DNA of 64,000 nt from the human T2T-CHM13v2.0 reference genome, Homo sapiens, in the NCBI RefSeq assembly GCF_009914755.1, contig NC_060932.1. The stretch is one strand, 5' to 3'. The position numbers and the translations under genes were made by a program. Of the stretch, positions 44,331 to 58,922 are shown piece after piece. Within the stretch, counting starts at the first letter, position 1, and each line of letters opens with the position of its first letter. Under the pieces are notes generated by a model. That model was not told the DNA's origin and did not search any database. It saw only the letters and a program-made list of their open reading frames with translations.

Positions 44331-47300
44331 GAATAACATGATTTGGGTCACCATTGAAGAGACTGTAAATCTTTTAGCTACCTTACTTTTCTTTTAAAGG
44401 CTTGTTTTTGTGAGAAATAATTGGTCCCATCCCCACTTGATTTTGACATTAAGTGTGGCTAAGTAGAAGGACTGATTTTCCAATATTATGTCCTGCACTG
44501 CATAAAGAGAATGCTAAGTTTTCTGTTGTGTTGTTGTTTATTTTTGTTTTTTGTTCTCTTGGAGCTGCTTTTAATTAGAAATAAAACATGGCTTTAATGT
44601 TAACATCTGATTAATGTAAAAAAATATGTGTGCATGGTTTTTCTTGTTTTTCCTCTGTTCTATCCAAGATCATGAATATAGGTTTATGTTAAAAGTAGTT
44701 GTGAAAACAAATGTGTGTGTCACTAGAAATCACACACTTTTGAAGGGTTATAATCCTTCTCTCCTAAAAGTCTATCAGTAGAATCTGTTTTATTATAGAG
44801 AAGCCATCTACTTGGTTGTTTTCAATAAGTCCTGAATAATTTTCAAAATAAGGTGGCATTTTACTCTTTCTGATAAAGATAGCAAAGACACTGCTTTGAA
44901 TTTCAAAGTATGACAGCATTATTACTCAGACAGCCTTCATTCTTTTCTGAAGTAATGGTTCTTTTCCTTTTTCCTAAACTGTTGTAAATGAAATATGAAG
45001 TTCCTTTCATAATAACATGGTTAAAAATATTAAAACTTTCAAAAATATTACCTAATATGTTAAAGGAAAATTTATGCTCATATTTAAATTAGAACAATGA
45101 GTCTGTGCTAAACTTATTATAGAGTCATTACTTATAGTAGATGGATATATATAATTTTAGAAATAAGGCAGAATTTACTTTTCAGAGCATTGCCATTTTT
45201 GGCTGTGCTTACTAAATAGCAAAGAGGTGGAAGTACACGAGTAAATGGTTGTGAAATACGGGTGGTGGGCCAAGTAATTTATCTTCAAAATGTTACTCTG
45301 TCACAAGTGGCTTATCTTTTTTGCAGCCAAAGGATCTAAACTACTCTGCATGAGCAAAAGAAAATGTGCAGAAAGAAACATTCCTCAAAATGAGTTTCTT
45401 TCATGTTGTTTCAGCTCAGGGTGACAAATACTGGAGCATCGAAATGGAACTAGCCAGGTATAGGAAGAGCTGCTGCAAAGAGCAAAGAGTGGATGCATTT
45501 TCCCCTCTTATCCCTAGATCTGGGAGATGTGGCTTTCCTTTGAAGCTTTTCTGTACTGTGGAATTGCAGCAATTTCCTTGTGATTCTGCTTCCAAGCCTG
45601 GGCTTGTAGAAGATGGAGGCAGAAGGCAGGAAAGTTAGATGCAGAAAGGCAAAGCAGAGCCTTCGGGATTGTGGAAAGTCAGGACCATCTTCCTGCAGCA
45701 ACACATCATGCAGAGATTGGTTTACTGTAACTTTCTTCATGAGAGTCTGCAGTTCCTCATACACTTGGCAACTCATTACACAATTATTCCCAAACGCCTT
45801 CTGCTGAGCTTCACAATGGCCTGATGGCTTTCAGAGCTCCCTCCCTGTGCACACTGGATCACCCTTTTTCTCCTCCTGTCCACCCTCCTTGGCCTAACAC
45901 TTAATGTGGCTCCCTGGTCATGTCCTTAGTCCTCTTTCCTAGTTCTATCACGACTTCTATCAAATCTGCATGGCTTCCATTTTCTATCACGTCCCTGACC
46001 CAGATTTTCAGTTGCCTCCTGATTGCTTCCTCTAAGAACTATAGACATCAAAGCTAATTTAGGTTAATCCAAAATTTAGGTTAATCCCCTCAAGCATAAA
46101 ATTTATCTGCCTTCTCTGTTCCCAGTCATGGTGTATGCCTGCAGCCACCCGTTTTTCATAGAGTTAGTTTTGACTACAACTTCTTAGTAGTGCATTGGTC
46201 ACCAGAAACTATTGCTTCTGTGGCATATATATCCTAAACCTGTGAAATCATCACAGTTCCATTGCTGTCCTTCCTGCCTCTGATCCCTCACTACTGTAGT
46301 TGTTTCCTGTAGTCCCCAATACACACACACAGAGCCAGCAGATTTTCCCTCTAAAAGCCATATGTGCTTCCTTCACCCTAACAAAGTCTTCAGCAGAGCC
46401 TCCAACCTCTCCCTAAGAGTGTATGAGATGAAGTCCAAACTCCACATGTCACAGAGCCCTTCACATCCAACCCCATTTACTTCTTGCCTAAGTTCAGGTC
46501 AATAAGTACTATTGCATACCTAATGTATGCAAGGCACAGGGAAAATAAAGATGGGTAAGACACTGCGAGGAAACTTGCAATCTGAAGGGATAGAGAGAAG
46601 AACCGGTGATTTAAAATTAATGATTGAAGTGCTTGGAAGAAGACACGCATCCAACCACTTTTTATACTCCGCGTACACTGGACATCTCCCTGTTTCCAAA
46701 GCAGGCTGAGCCTCGCATTGCATTTTGTGATTTTCCTCTCTGAAATTTCCATTCGCCCTTTCCTGCATGACATTCCTGCTCCACCTTTCAGATCCTAGGG
46801 GACTTTGTCTCCTCTGCGAAGTTTTTCCTTACTTCTGCAGACAGCTGCTTGCTTCTTGCTCTAAAATTGCTAATGCATGGGCTCATGCTGCTGTCACCTT
46901 GCTCACTGGAAGGCTGGACTGCCTTTTTTATGTCTGTATTCTTTGCCCTCCTCTCATTCTTTGGTACTTCGTAGATGCCCAATTTCCGTTCATTGAATAA
47001 ATGAATCCCTCACTTGGCTCAAGTTAAAATCAATCATCTTACCTGGACTGATAAACATTTCAGCTCCCTGGAGCTCCTCAGTCATAAGTATATTGAGGTA
47101 GCAGGTTACCTAGATGAAGACTTACAAAGCAAGACCAATTATCTCCCACTCCTTCCCTGCTTTCCTTCCTTTTATCATTCTTCTCGTAGAGAGAAGAGGA
47201 CCTGGAAAAGACTAGCATTTTGGAGACTGGGAATGGTGACTGGGAGGCCACAAGAGAGCTGCCTGAAGAATGTGCTGGAATGAGGGAAAGAGATTGTGTG

Positions 47301-48244
47301 AGAGGGTTTGGGCTACCCCATCCTCCAGGGCTCATTCGAAAGCACTGTTCAGTCACTAGCGTTTTTCTACTTAATCAATGGTGAATAGCTTTCCACAGGA
47401 TTTCACTTTTGCAACATGATTGGTAATGGCTACATAGTGTTCTTTAGATGACGTCTTATAATTTAACTTTAGATGATGTCTTATAATTTAATTAACTTCC
47501 CCTATTTTTGGGAAGTCAGACTGTTGTTTCTTTTGCACATCTAAAAAAGGAACACCTCTCAGGTCTGACTCCCTCCTGAGGACAGAGATCTGGCTGTGCC
47601 CTTGTCTCTTGCAAGGAAATCTACATGTTGCTAGGCTGTTTTGCACCCCCAGCCTGTCCTCTGGGAATAGGAACGAGCCTGCTCACTGGCCTGGATATTC
47701 TGTCGTAAGAGTCATTTTTTTTGGCTTTGTAACACATAAGTATTTCAAAAGCCACTCTTGTGGCCTTCTATTACACTATGAAAAACTGAGGGTCCACATT
47801 TGCCTTGAATGCAGACCTCCCTGCCCTGTTGGGAATGTCTCTCTCATTTATCTTTGCTGCAGATCCCTGACTTACACCCTGACTTGTAATCTGGAACCAC
47901 GCAGAGATTTTCAATGACAATGTGGGGAAACAGAATTTGTCTGAACTTTGGTGATTTTGAATGAAGTTTATATAATAATTAAAGCCAGGTATGATTGTTC
48001 TAGCTCCTTTTCCACCCGAACTGGGGGTGGTGCAATTAAATTCTGACACTAATGATCCAGAGCTAGTGTCAGACCCTACAATGAAGGGTTAAGTCTTCCA
48101 TAAGATAGCCCTCACCTCAGAGGCCAGCAGCAAGTTCCAGGCCCCCCCGGATCCCCCACAATTCTGACTGATGAGTGCTTCAGTTTGGATAATTCACAGG
48201 AATGCCTCACAGAACCCAGAAAAGCATTATACTTACTCTTACAA

Positions 48245-48540
48245 TTTTTGTTTGTTTGTTTGAGACGGAGTCTCGCTCTGTCACCAGGCTGGAGTGCAAT
48301 GGGACAATCTCAGCTCACTGCAATTCCGCCTCCCGGGTTCAAGTGATTTTCCTGCCTCAGCCTCCCAAGTAGCTGGGACTACAGGCACATGACACTACAC
48401 CGAGCTAATTTTTGTATTTTTAGTAGAGGTAAGTTTTCACCATGTTGGCCAGGATGGTCTCCATCTCTTGACTTTGTGATTCGCCCTCCTTGGCCTCCCA
48501 AAGTCCTGGGATTACAGGCGTGAGCCACTGTGCCTGGCCT
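48245..48540 (-). mobile_element. AluSc-like
   Basis: Antisense dimer with ctctgtcaccaggc and atctcttgac; TSD cttacaatttt / cttacagtttt. Confidence 0.9.
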
Positions 48541-48561
48541 CTTACAGTTTTATTATAAGGG

Positions 48562-49047
48562 TGTAAACCAAAAAGTGTCCAAGACAGATATCAATCAGTA
48601 TAGAGGTTTATTTTGCCAAGGCCGAAGGTGCACCCAGGAAAAAGAAACACAAATCACAATAGGATCTGTGGCCTGTGCCTTTTCCAAAGAGGGTTTTGAG
48701 GACTTCAATATTTAAATGGGAAAGATTGGGTAGGAGGGAAATGATGAAAGAAACTAGAAAGAGGAAGATGGGCAATGAGGCCAGTGGCTACATTCTTGTG
48801 AGGTTTTGATTAATGCTCATTGAATCCACATTTTACCTGTCCAAAGACAGAAGTTGGGGAAAGTCAGTTGTGCATGCATCTTGCTCTTGGTAGATCTACA
48901 TTTAAATCAGGTAAAGTAAGCATGTGGAATCACAGCTCTCTGAGGACAAAAGGAGGAAGATTTGTTTGTTTCATTTGAGTTCTCAAGCTTAACTTTTTTC
49001 TTTGGCATATCAAGTGTGGAGTCCAAAGATTTTATTTTCTTTTTACA
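48562..49047 (-). mobile_element. ERV1 MER4-group solo LTR (MER83-like)
   Basis: TG...CA termini, perfect 4-bp TSD AGGG (48558-48561, 49048-49051), minus-strand AATAAA at ~48607. Confidence 0.8.
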
Positions 49048-49421
49048 AGGGATAAGCACAGAGCCAGAGGCAGAACTTCCATGCCCTGTCCTCAAAGAAT
49101 TGCCCTCCTTGCACATCATCAGTTCACCAACCAAGAGGCTCCTCTGAGCCTTGATGCAAGGGTTTTTATTGGGGTTTTATTAAACCATTGGCCACTTGAT
49201 TGAACTCGATCTCCAGCTCTTCTTCCCAAAGGTTAGGTGGCTGAAAGTCCAGCTCTCTAATACACACATGGTCTCTCTGGGACCAACTCCCCCTCCTGAA
49301 GCTATCCAGACACCCACCACTAATCACCTCCTTAGCGTAACAAAGTTACTTCCATCACTCAGGAAATGCCAAGGATTTTTAAAGCTCTGTGTTAAGAACT
49401 GGGGGAAAAGACCAGATAAAC

Positions 49422-49688
49422 ATATATATATATATATATATATATTTGAGACAGGATCTTGCCCTGTCGCCCAGGCCAGAGTGCAGTGGCACATTCATAG
49501 CTCACTGCGGCTTCAATCTCATGGGCTCAAGTGATCCTCCTGCCTCAGCCTCCTCAGTAGTTGAGACTATAGGTGCACAACACTATGCCCAGCTAATTTT
49601 TGTATAGTTTGTAGATATAGGCTCTTACTATGTTGCCCAGGCGGGTCTTGAACTCCTAACCTCAAGCAATTCTCCTGCCTCAGCCTCC
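49422..49688 (-). mobile_element. AluJ with (TA)n tail
   Basis: (TA)n 49422-49445, then antisense Alu. Confidence 0.88.
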
Positions 49689-49695
49689 AGTCCTC

Positions 49696-50074
49696 TGTAT
49701 TAGTTTGTTCTGACACTGCTATAAAGATACTACCTGAGATTGGGTAATTTATAGAGAGGAGGCTTAATTGACTCACAGTTCTGCATGGTTGGAGAGATCT
49801 GAGGAAACTTCCAGTCATGGTGGAAGGTGAAGGGGAAGCAAGGTATATCTTCTCATGGTGGCAGGAGAGAAACAGAGTGAGAGCGAGAGAGCACAGGGGA
49901 AACAGTCACTTTTAAAACCATCAAATCTTATGAGAACCCTCTCACTGTCACAAGAACAGCATGGGGGAACCCGCCCCCATGATCCAATCACCTCCCACCA
50001 GGTCCCTTCCTTGACATGTAGGGATTACAATTCGGCATGAGATTTGGGTGGGGACACAGAGCCAAACCATATCA
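49696..50074 (-). mobile_element. MaLR solo LTR (MSTA/THE1D-like)
   Basis: tgtattagtttgttct...gagatttgggtggggacacagagccaaaccatatca. Confidence 0.9.
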
Positions 50075-50510
50075 GGGTATGTTTCTGAGCAGGGGTTGTG
50101 ATTCCAAATAATGAGATGGCTTTCCGAAGCTTGTTCTCTTTCCACTGTACCTACCACATTTTCTCTAGTTTTTCACTACTTTGAATACCTAGTTGAAGCA
50201 TATTTTTGCAGTTAAGTTTTTTCTAAATTATGTTTGTTTTTGTCTTTTCTAAGGGCAGATTTGGCAGTCTTCTTGAAAGGAAGTAATGCTTATTGTGGTC
50301 AGAAGAAAGAGTGAGGCAACTCAGGGTCTGAAAAAAGAGACATGAAGAAAGCTGAGGACCAATCCATTCCAAGGTTCACTGTGGAAATGGGGCCCAACCC
50401 TTAAAAGGTGTGTCCAGATATTGGTCTTTTCTTTCTTTAGGTCAGTTAACTACTGCTGCTGCTGCTACTACTACTATTGCTGGTATGCATTCTCCCTCAA
50501 ATATCTTCAG

Positions 50511-50824
<314 letters not shown>

Positions 50825-52604
50825 ATATTTTCAGATCTTAATGTTGATGCCCCAACAAGATTTTCTACTAGAAAGTGTGATTGCCTATTTGGGTTTTCAT
50901 CCAAATCAGTCTGATGTGAGTTGGACCCTGTACATCAGCTACAACTCAGTCTCTGACACATTACTGGGCAAATCAAGCTAGGAAACCACACACTGGGGTG
51001 CCGAGGGACAACAACCACGACGTCAGCCATTAACAGCATGGCTGTGGGCTTCCTGCTGTACTAAAACTGAGGTGAAAGCAAGGGAGTACGGACTGATGTC
51101 TGGAAAAGTACAGAATTGGTAACTGTCACATTATATGCATGTGATTGTGTCAGACGTCAAAGGCAGCTGATCTTTGCCTAAAGAAGAAAGGATAGAAAGG
51201 AACAACCTTATACCATTCTCAAAAAATTTCTTAATTAGAGAAAATGATTATTACTTTTTTTCCAGAGTTGTGCTGTATTTCCCAAGCTATATGTTTTTCA
51301 TTTTACCATTGCACAAGTAAAACTTAGGAAGCTGTGAATTTATTGTTGAGTTAGGAATTCAAACAATCCATGTCAAAAAAGAAGCAAGCCTGAACAAAGG
51401 AGCTGCAGGTAGAAAAGAAAAATCTCAGCTTAAAAATTCAAGGAATGAACATTGAACTCTCTGTGTATAATTAAAAATTACACCACTTAGAATACAATTA
51501 CAAAAACAAATTGCACCTAAATCTTTTCTGTCCAATTATGTGATTTAATGCAGCGGCTTACAAAAAAAAAATCTCTGCTCATTTTTATCTGTGTGTCAAA
51601 CATTAAGCCCCTAGTGGTATTTTTCAGGGTCCATTTTTACTGTTGCAGAGAAACAATTAAGGTTATTATAATTAACTTTCCCATGACTGAAAAACTCTGA
51701 GTAATGTGAGCACCTGCTGATATATGAGACACATAATTATATAGTGTCTTTAAAAATACTGCCAATTTAAAGTAATTTGATAATTAATGGTAAATAAAAA
51801 GTGCCTAGGAAAAATATTTCTGGGACCATTGTGGTCAAAAGTAAGTGCAACTTAGAAATTGCTAACGTTTTGCTCATAGCTTTGTTTTAAGGATATTCAT
51901 GATTCAAAGAGGCTAATTCATGCTAGTGCTGGTAGGCATGTAAATTTCAATGCTTATATAATATTTAAAGCAACAGTACCTAGCTCCAAATGCTGGAATC
52001 TTGGAGAACCAAATGCAGCTTATATTTCCATGATTGCCATTCAGCTAAAAATGTACTATTGAAATCAGACATTCTAAGAATTGGCAGGTGTCATTCCTAC
52101 ACAATGCCTGTGATTCTCTTTGGTGAAAGAAACATCTGGTGATGTACTGAATTTTAAACCAGGCTGAGTCTATTGCTTGTTTTACGAAAATAACCGTTAA
52201 GTTGTAAAATCTGATTTGTCTTAGAGACAAGATGCTAAAGTCTAGGCTTTATTTGGAGTCAAAATTTCCAGCCACATCAATGAGGAAAAGACCACACTAG
52301 TTGTAACTGGTCTCATCATTTGATGTGTATATTGTCTTATGAGGGAGTTGGAGGCCTATTGATTGAAAATGAGATGTTATTGAACAGAGTTACTAGGAAA
52401 TAGCAGATTTGAGTTCTGGTTTCAGCTTTGTGATTCAGATGTTGAGGGATAGTTCGGCATCAGTTGGCATTGTTTAAACCTCATTTCCTCATCCTTAGAG
52501 AACATTTCTTGCATAATGACTAAATTTGGGTTGTATTTTATTAGTTTGAATAATGATACAGGTTGGAATAAAATTTCTATGTTTTTCATTTAAAATAGTA
52601 ATTT

Positions 52605-53428
52605 TGGTACCGAAGTGCTGGGAAGGAAAGAGTATGGTCCCTTTAAATGATACTGAAGCTGGGAAGGGAAATGCTGGGTAGAGGAGGGCGTGGCCCCTGG
52701 CCAAGCCTCCACCCCCACGGACCTTGGTGAGGATAGGCATTTCCTGCCCAAATGTTGCATTGCCCAAGACCACCCTGGCCTGCCATGCCCATCCTGTGCC
52801 TATAAACACTGCCCCCCGCCCCCACCCCAGTAGGCAGAAGCACAGGCAGCTGGACTTCCAGAGGAACACATCAGTGGGGGAACACACAGGCAGCTGAACA
52901 TCCAGAGGAATGCACCAATAGGCACCAGCACGCCAGTAGGCCACCGATCGGCAGAAGCAGAAGGACATGGAGTTTGGCTGGGGCAGTTGGAGGAGAGCCT
53001 GGGCCACCAAGAGCCTGACTCTAGGGGAAAACCATCTCCCTTCTGGCTCCCCCATCTGCTGAGAGCTACTTCCACTTAATGAAACCTTGCACTCATTCTC
53101 CAAGGCCACGTGTGATCCGATTTTTCTGGTACGTCAAAACAAGAACCCAGGGATACAGAAAGCCCTTTGTCCTTGTGATAAGGTAGAGGGTCTAATTGAG
53201 CTGACTAACACAAGCTGCCTATGGACAGCTAAACTAAAAGAGCATCCTGTAACACATGCTCACTGGGACTTCAGGAGCTGTAAGCATTCACCCCCAGACA
53301 CTGCTGTGGACTTGGAGCCCCAGAGCCTGCCCATCTGTATGCTCCCCTAGAGGTCTGAGCACTGAAGAAGTGAGCCACACCCCCATCCCATGCTATCTGA
53401 GGGGGGAAAGGGAACTTTTCCCATTTCA
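52605..53428 (+). mobile_element. ERV1 solo LTR (LTR1 family)
   Basis: TG...CA ends (tggtaccgaagtgctgggaagg ... gggaacttttcccatttca), TATAAA at 52801, flanks attt/atat. Confidence 0.8.
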
Positions 53429-53858
53429 ATATCAGTCTTATAAACATCTTACAGGAATACAATGTACAATTCCTTGTTGTAGGAGTAAAATATTTACAGA
53501 TGACTTTGAGGTACAGAGCCATAAATGTGCAATGAGCTGTGTTAGAAGGAAACAGACTCCCCATTGTGGGAGGTGTGGGATTGCCAGAGGCTCCAGGAGT
53601 GAGCATCGGGATGCTGGATGCATTGAAGAGGCTCAAGTACCAGACTGGGAGTCAAACAGCCTGACTTGTAAGATTTCTAAAAGGCTTAAGGGTTTACGAT
53701 GGTATCTTTGAAAATTGTACAGTGTTGCACAAACTAAGATATCACTGTGAAGAAAGATGAAGACTAAAATGAAATATTCTATTAAAAGAGCTCACCCACT
53801 ACAAGTTTGAATAAAGAAATTTACCGTTCTTGTAATCCTGGAGTAAAATATTTTAACT

Positions 53859-54134
53859 GGGCCAGGCGCAGTGGCTCATGCCTGTAATCCCAGCTCTTTG
53901 GGAGGCTGAGGTGGGTGGATCACGAGGTCAGGAGATTGAGACCATCCTGGCCAAGATGGTGAAACCCCATCTCTACTAAAAATACAAAAATTAGCTGGGC
54001 GTGGTGGCGTGCGCCTGTAGTCCCAGGTACTCAGGAGGCTGAGGCAGGAAAATAGCTTGAACCCGGGAGGTGGAGATCGTGCCTTTGCACTCCAGCCTGG
54101 GTAACAAGAGCAAAACTCAGTCTCAAAAAAAAAA
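53859..54134 (+). mobile_element. AluS (Sc/Sg-like)
   Basis: Dimer with a small right-arm deletion; poly-A. Confidence 0.92.
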
Positions 54135-54216
54135 TGTATATATATAAGTGTCAATGCAACTTTTACTATTTATTACTTAATAGAGTTGATTTAAGATTGT
54201 AAACACAGTCATTTAA

Positions 54217-54540
<324 letters not shown>

Positions 54541-56059
54541 TAAATGCTTCCTTATACTTCAGATTCCTTCTCATATGCTCTTCATTCTTATTCTTTGGCA
54601 TCTTTTGGATATTTTGGTCATTTAGAGACACCTGAACAGTTATATATCTGCCTTCTAAAAAGCCAAGGCAAATCTCCACATGACAGTCTTTAAAGATATG
54701 ATATTAGTCAAGCTGTTCTCTTTGGACTATTTAACAAGCAAAAACTTTAATTCCCTGCTGTAATTCAAATTAAGGTATTATTTCTTGAAAATCTAGGGAA
54801 ATAAATGAAAATTTTTATATTTTTTCAAAATAAAGATATGACAAAGGGTATACATTTTACAAGGCAAAAGTAGAACTTCGTTTATTTACAGTTTATGCCT
54901 GAGGGGGTGGATGAGGCTATGTTCACGTGTATAGTTTATGCCAGAATATGAGGAAGAATTGCTTACCAATCCATGTCATAAGGGGACACTAATTAGGTTT
55001 GGATAACAGCTAGAGAAGAGAAAAAACCAAAGGCCGAAACCTAGATCCCTTAAAATATTTGTTGCAAACCCAGTGCCTCTCAAATGCCCTCTCTGTGCCA
55101 GATACTGTGCCAGTATTATGGAGCCTTGAAATGATTCCACTTTTGTGGTTTTCTACGTGAGTGACATGTTTTGCTGTGAGGAGAACTTGGAGGGTTTTCC
55201 TGCTGTCTTGAGAATGTGACATCACACATTATGAGACCGCACATGTCAGCTGCTGAACTTCAAATACATAGAAACTCCAGAGTTTCACAGATACTCTGAG
55301 AGCTTAGGCTGCACTCCACTAGCCACTTCTCTGACAAAACAAAGTAAGCCAGCTTCCAGGTGCCTTCTAGTAGTCACAGATCTCTGCTGCGTTGGATGCC
55401 ATCTCTTCTGAGAACTGCTTGTGTAAAGGTACACCTCAGTCTTTGATTAGACTCTCCTTTCCACAGAGGCCTGATTCCATCCCACTTGAGCAATTTGACT
55501 TTACTAAGTTTGAAGCTCACCCACTATGTGGTAAATGGACTTCATCTAATCGAGGGTATTCCCTGTAAGATGTGTTCACGTTTAATGCATTGTGACCCAA
55601 AAGAAAAAATATCTCTTTGTATGGCAATAAACTGAGTGATTTGTGAAATCATACCATGATCATTTATTTAACCATACAGAACAGCCAGGCATTTTACATG
55701 TGTTATATTATTTGGTACTTATGATAATAATTATCATTCCTGTACTGGAAGGACATCTCATGGAAAACTGACATTTTTTACAACCTCTAAAAGTAGTAAG
55801 ATGGTTGGGAGAAAAGTCTTGGGAGTTATCACTTGGTTCACTATAACAGAAGGACAAGGTGGCCTGGATGTACCATTTTGGCCCTACAGGGCTGGCTGGG
55901 CTGGTGTGGCTGCCTGGACCACTGCTTTGCCTTCCATCAGTGACAATGAGCCCTGGACAGAGGAAGACTGGTGGGTCAAGAACATTCAGGGCATTTGTCC
56001 CTTGCTCAATGCTCCAATTTAACCCACCATAAGTAGAAAGGTTGAAAACGTATACTTCC

Positions 56060-56346
<287 letters not shown>

Positions 56347-56391
<45 letters not shown>
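56347..56391. repeat. (CA)n microsatellite in the Alu tail position
   Basis: About 22 perfect CA units. Confidence 0.97.
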
Positions 56392-56395
<4 letters not shown>

Positions 56396-57959
56396 TACAC
56401 TTCCAAAAAAGGAACTTCCTTGTGACGTAAATAATCTCTGTCAACATCAGCCTCCCTATAGGCTGAATTATGACATAGGATGGAAAGTGGGGTGAGGTGA
56501 TCTTTCCCTCCCCTGCTTCTATCTCAACATTTCATGACTGTATGAGCTGCAGAACGAGCAGGTGTTAACTACCTAAGAAGAACAAAGAGAACAAAGTGCC
56601 CCACTGGCTTGTTGAGAAATGCACAGTTACTTTCTGAGACAGCCTCAGCTTGGCTCAAACCTAATCATTTGCTAAGCCAAAGAGGCTCAGGAATAGTTGA
56701 AAGTCAAAGTCAGGGAATATCATCATGCGACCTCACCGAGACAAAATAGAAAGGAACAGAGCTTCTGCTGTACAATACACAGTTGGAAAAACACAGTAAC
56801 TAGACTAATAGATTAATTGCCTCCTCTTGAGGATTTTTTAATTTAATTTTTTATTGTTAGTTTTCAATAAAAGACCCACATACTGTGGATCTAGAAACAA
56901 ATGACTGTTGCATGGCAGGGCAGCAATGGAGGGATGGAGGGCTGCAGGCCTGCTGGGGAACCATCTAGTGTTGACTCAGGAATAGGGCTCGGTGGGGCCA
57001 AGTCCAGGAGCAGAAAGTGATCATGAGGAACTGGAGAGGATAGTGGAATTCAGCTCTGTGATGTCAGGAAGATAAGTCTAATGCCCAGGTCCTGAGGCAT
57101 AGGTATGAGGTATGAGGGATGAGGCACAGGCCAGGAATTCAGAGCCAAGAAGAGGAGACCAAGCAAAAAGCTGACCAAAAGCACAGGGTAAGGTATTCCT
57201 GAGTCAGCCCCAACTTACAGAAGCCCTTGCACATATTAGGCACGAAGGAAATATTTGTCGGATGAATGAAGGGATGCTTGAAGAATGAGGGTCTGTAAGG
57301 TTTGCCTTTCAAGGCTCATGGGACCTGATGATAGGATGCATTGGTCAGGATCCAAGGGTGAGTGGGAGCAGAGCGCGCAGCAAAGTGACAGATACAATTC
57401 CACATACAGATGGGTAAATAAGGCAGGAATCCAAGTAACTGAAAGAAACAATTATCTGAAAATTGAACACCAGGAAAGTGTGTCTGGAGAGAGGGGGAGG
57501 ATGAGGGAGATTTCATGGCATGATTTGGGGAAGAATATCCCCAGATGGAGAGAAAGTAAGGAGTGACAATAGGACAGTAGGAGCATAAGGCATCAGAGTA
57601 GCCAGGGCATGCAGTGTATGGGGCCTGTGGGCCAAGAAGTCAGGAAAGCTGTCTGAACCCGAATGAGGAGAGCTCAATTTGGGCTAAGAACTTCAGGCAG
57701 GGTGCATGCCCATCACTGCATCATCTCATCACAATAGATGTGAGACCGGGGAAAGAAAGAGTGAGGTCTCTGAAGGGTTAGGCATGCGTTGTGGTGTAGC
57801 AGGACATTCACATAGTCCACAATTCTCTCTGAATTATGGAAATATCATGGCATCACCAAAAAGGGAAAAAAGTTAAATTATGGCACAAAAATTTTACAAC
57901 ATGTGTCTACTTTCCATCTTATGGACAATAAAATATGAAACAGGATAGCATTGTACGTG

Positions 57960-58401
57960 CAGTTGACCCTTGAACAATTTGGGAGTCAGGGGCGCTGAAC
58001 TCCTGCACAATCAAAAATCCACATATAACTTTTGACTTTCCCCAAACTTAACTACTAATAGCTTACTGTTGACCATAAGCCTTACCAATAACATAAACAG
58101 TTGACTAACACATATTTTGTGTATCATATGTGTTAAATACTGTATTCTTACAATAAAGTACGCTACAGAAAAAGATGTTATTATTAAGAAAATTGTAAGG
58201 AAGAGAAAATATATTTACTATTCATTAAGTAGAAGTGGATCACCATAAAGGTCTTCATCCTCATCATCTTATGTTGAGTAGGCTGAGGAGGAAGAGAAAG
58301 AGGAGGGTTGGTCTTGCTGTTTCAGGGGCAGCAAAGTAGGAGGAAATCCACCTGTAAGTGGATCCTCAAAGTTTAAAACTGTGTTGTTTAAGGGCCAACC
58401 A
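57960..58401. mobile_element. Tigger2a-like DNA transposon
   Basis: TIRs cagttgacccttgaacaa / tgttgtttaagggccaac; ~440 bp; aacttaactactaatagc core. Confidence 0.85.
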
Positions 58402-58922
58402 TCAATGCAATGTGAACAACAGATCTAGTGCTATGCTAAACTCTGAGAGTGTGACATGGAAGGAAACTACCACGTACAACTAGTAATAGGATTTTCCCCC
58501 ACCTTAAACGTTTTTGGAACGAGGAAGATGTAAATTTTTTAAAAGGAATAGTTTAAAAGCCTTCTAGATGTCGCATTTACAATGCAATTCATTGTTATAA
58601 AATACTTACTGATAACAATTGTATATCTAACATACTTTACCAACAGAAATATTTTACAGGGGTTTACATGACACATTTATCTCCTCCACTCTATAAAGCA
58701 CAATCTTGTTTAAGTGAAGAATTTTGTGTCTCCATTTGGAGGATTTCTTGTGATTAGAAAATCCTTTTTGCTGGAATCATGGTGGTTGAAAAATTGTTCT
58801 TACTGTTCTGATTTTCCAAGTTTCCTTTGCACAGGCAAAAAATGTAGAGAGGAGGGGAAGGGAAAACAGAGAGGAAATTTGTGTCCAAATAGTGACAATG
58901 GAAAGGTGAACATTTAGCTAAC

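Larger units (their letters stand above)
48000..49420 (-). mobile_element. MER21-like LTR interrupted by an AluSc and a MER4-group LTR
   Basis: caattaaattctgacactaa, ctcacagaacccagaaaagc, ccattggccacttgattgaactcgatctccagc, ggctgaaagtcc motifs. Confidence 0.7.

Noticed and set aside
45366-45824. Cluster of overlapping 60-108-aa ORFs in unique sequence
   Set aside because: No protein family similarity that I can recognise. It could be lncRNA exon sequence, but coding is unsupported.
52495-53711. 204-aa and 151-aa ORFs
   Set aside because: They lie within or overlap a GC-rich solo LTR and show no gag, pol or env similarity.
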